Below are positions 23,714-24,000 of a stretch of DNA of 24,000 bases, one piece after another. How positions within the stretch are numbered: the stretch's first letter is position 1; each line of letters starts with the position of its first letter. The DNA is from Verrucomicrobiota bacterium (GTDB lineage Bacteria > Verrucomicrobiota > Verrucomicrobiia > Opitutales > Opitutaceae). The stretch is taken from NCBI GenBank assembly GCA_026398135.1, contig JAPLTN010000073.1, positions 18,043 through 42,042 of the forward strand. The letters are read 5' to 3'. A program made the translations under genes and the position numbers. The notes beneath the pieces were generated by a model. That model was not told the origin of the DNA, did no database searches, and saw only the letters and a program-made list of their open reading frames with translations.

Positions 23714-23925
23714 TGTACGTGCGTTGGCCGTCTCCGGCCAAAGACCTGTTTCCGTTTCCCAATCCCTTGGCCGGGACGGCCAACCCTACACCAATCACAT
23801 CCCTGTGTAGCGTTGGCCCGTGTAGCGTTGGCCGTCTCAGGCCAAAGATCCTTTTCCGTTTCCAAACCCTTGGCCGGGACGGCCAACCCTACACCAATCG
23901 CATCCCTGTGTCGCGTTGGCCCGTG
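23714..23925 (+). repeat. REP cluster B: two tandem about 88-bp composite units plus a partial 15-mer
   Basis: Units at 23714-23803 and 23820-23905 are near-identical to 23029-23116. Hairpins lie at 23724-23741, 23767-23783, 23828-23845 (one stem mismatch) and 23870-23886. They have the same + orientation as cluster A. Confidence 0.85.
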
Positions 23926-23934
23926 ATCGGATGG

Positions 23935-23960
23935 GCTCACGGGGATTGCGCCCCGTGAGC
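23935..23960. other. Perfect 10-bp stem hairpin (gctcacgggg-attgcg-ccccgtgagc)
   Basis: The two arms are exact reverse complements with a 6-nt loop. It lies directly after REP cluster B and is unrelated in sequence to the TTGGCCG stems. Confidence 0.5.
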
Positions 23961-24000
23961 CTTCCACACCACCGGACGTGCGGTTTTCCGCATCCGGCGG

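Larger units (their letters stand above)
23011..23925 (-). mobile_element. REPtron: RAYT gene with flanking REP/BIME-like arrays
   Basis: A Y1 HUH transposase homologue is combined with near-identical structured repeats on both flanks (23029-23116; 23714-23803; 23820-23905). No IS200-type terminal structures or tnpB are present. Confidence 0.65.

Noticed and set aside
23011-23925. Possible CRISPR array, because of repeated units of about 90 bp
   Set aside because: The units are contiguous or nearly so, without unique spacers of regular length. Each contains two hairpins, they flank a RAYT gene, and no cas genes are present. This is a REP/BIME-type repeat, not CRISPR.
23665-23967. N-terminal 101 codons of the 255-aa ORF 23200-23967
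   Set aside because: This segment is a translation of the REP units (for example LAVPAKGLETEKDLWPETANATRANAT). The same DNA repeat occurs non-coding at 23029-23116. The conserved RAYT core starts at ATG 23664.
1-24000. tRNA, rRNA, tmRNA, riboswitch or CRISPR features
   Set aside because: I recognised no T-arm/anticodon-arm pattern, rRNA-like conserved block or known riboswitch core while reading the intergenic regions. A covariance-model scan (tRNAscan-SE, Infernal/Rfam) would be needed to exclude them formally.

Overview
High-GC bacterial chromosomal window (about 65-73% GC in spot-counted lines). It contains one clearly lower-GC island. Gene content and repeat style suggest a Verrucomicrobiota/Opitutales-like genome, but that is inference only. 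No rRNA, tRNA or CRISPR array was recognised by eye.

Layout:
(a) 1-10163 is a hexuronate/sugar-acid utilisation locus. It holds a UxaA-family dehydratase fragment, an SDR, a Bh0493-type uronate-isomerase-like amidohydrolase, an ExuT-like MFS transporter, a secreted GH30-like glycosidase on the lower-GC island, UxaB-like and UxaA genes on the minus strand, and an AraC regulator.
(b) 10164-10305 is a 142-bp palindromic element that exactly fills the gap between two convergent stop codons.
(c) 10306-17526 is an unbroken minus-strand block: ECF sigma, anti-sigma, DoxX, YHS, DinB, one REP hairpin, then four translationally coupled genes (NRDE/TANGO2-like, a DedA::ATP-grasp fusion, an OlsB-like GNAT, a PlsC/OlsA-like acyltransferase), then rpoZ. 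The four-gene set is my best candidate for an undescribed system: an aminolipid pathway with extra ligase, flippase-like and Ntn-like components.
(d) 17740-20196 encodes an SNF2-family helicase.
(e) 20241-21922 holds two vapBC-type toxin-antitoxin modules. They bracket a frameshifted, truncated hsdM (type I R-M methylase) N-terminal remnant that is not in the ORF track.
(f) 22026-23006 encodes a transglutaminase-family protein.
(g) 23011-23960 is a REPtron: an IS200-like HUH/Y1 REP-associated transposase (RAYT) flanked by composite about 90-bp REP units. These units share the hairpin stem TTGGCCG/CGGCCAA, and diverged singletons occur elsewhere in the window.

Many long ORFs in the track are alternative-frame or antisense artefacts of high GC and were rejected. 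Several ORF starts were moved to internal start codons supported by 4-nt ATGA/GTGA stop-start overlaps.
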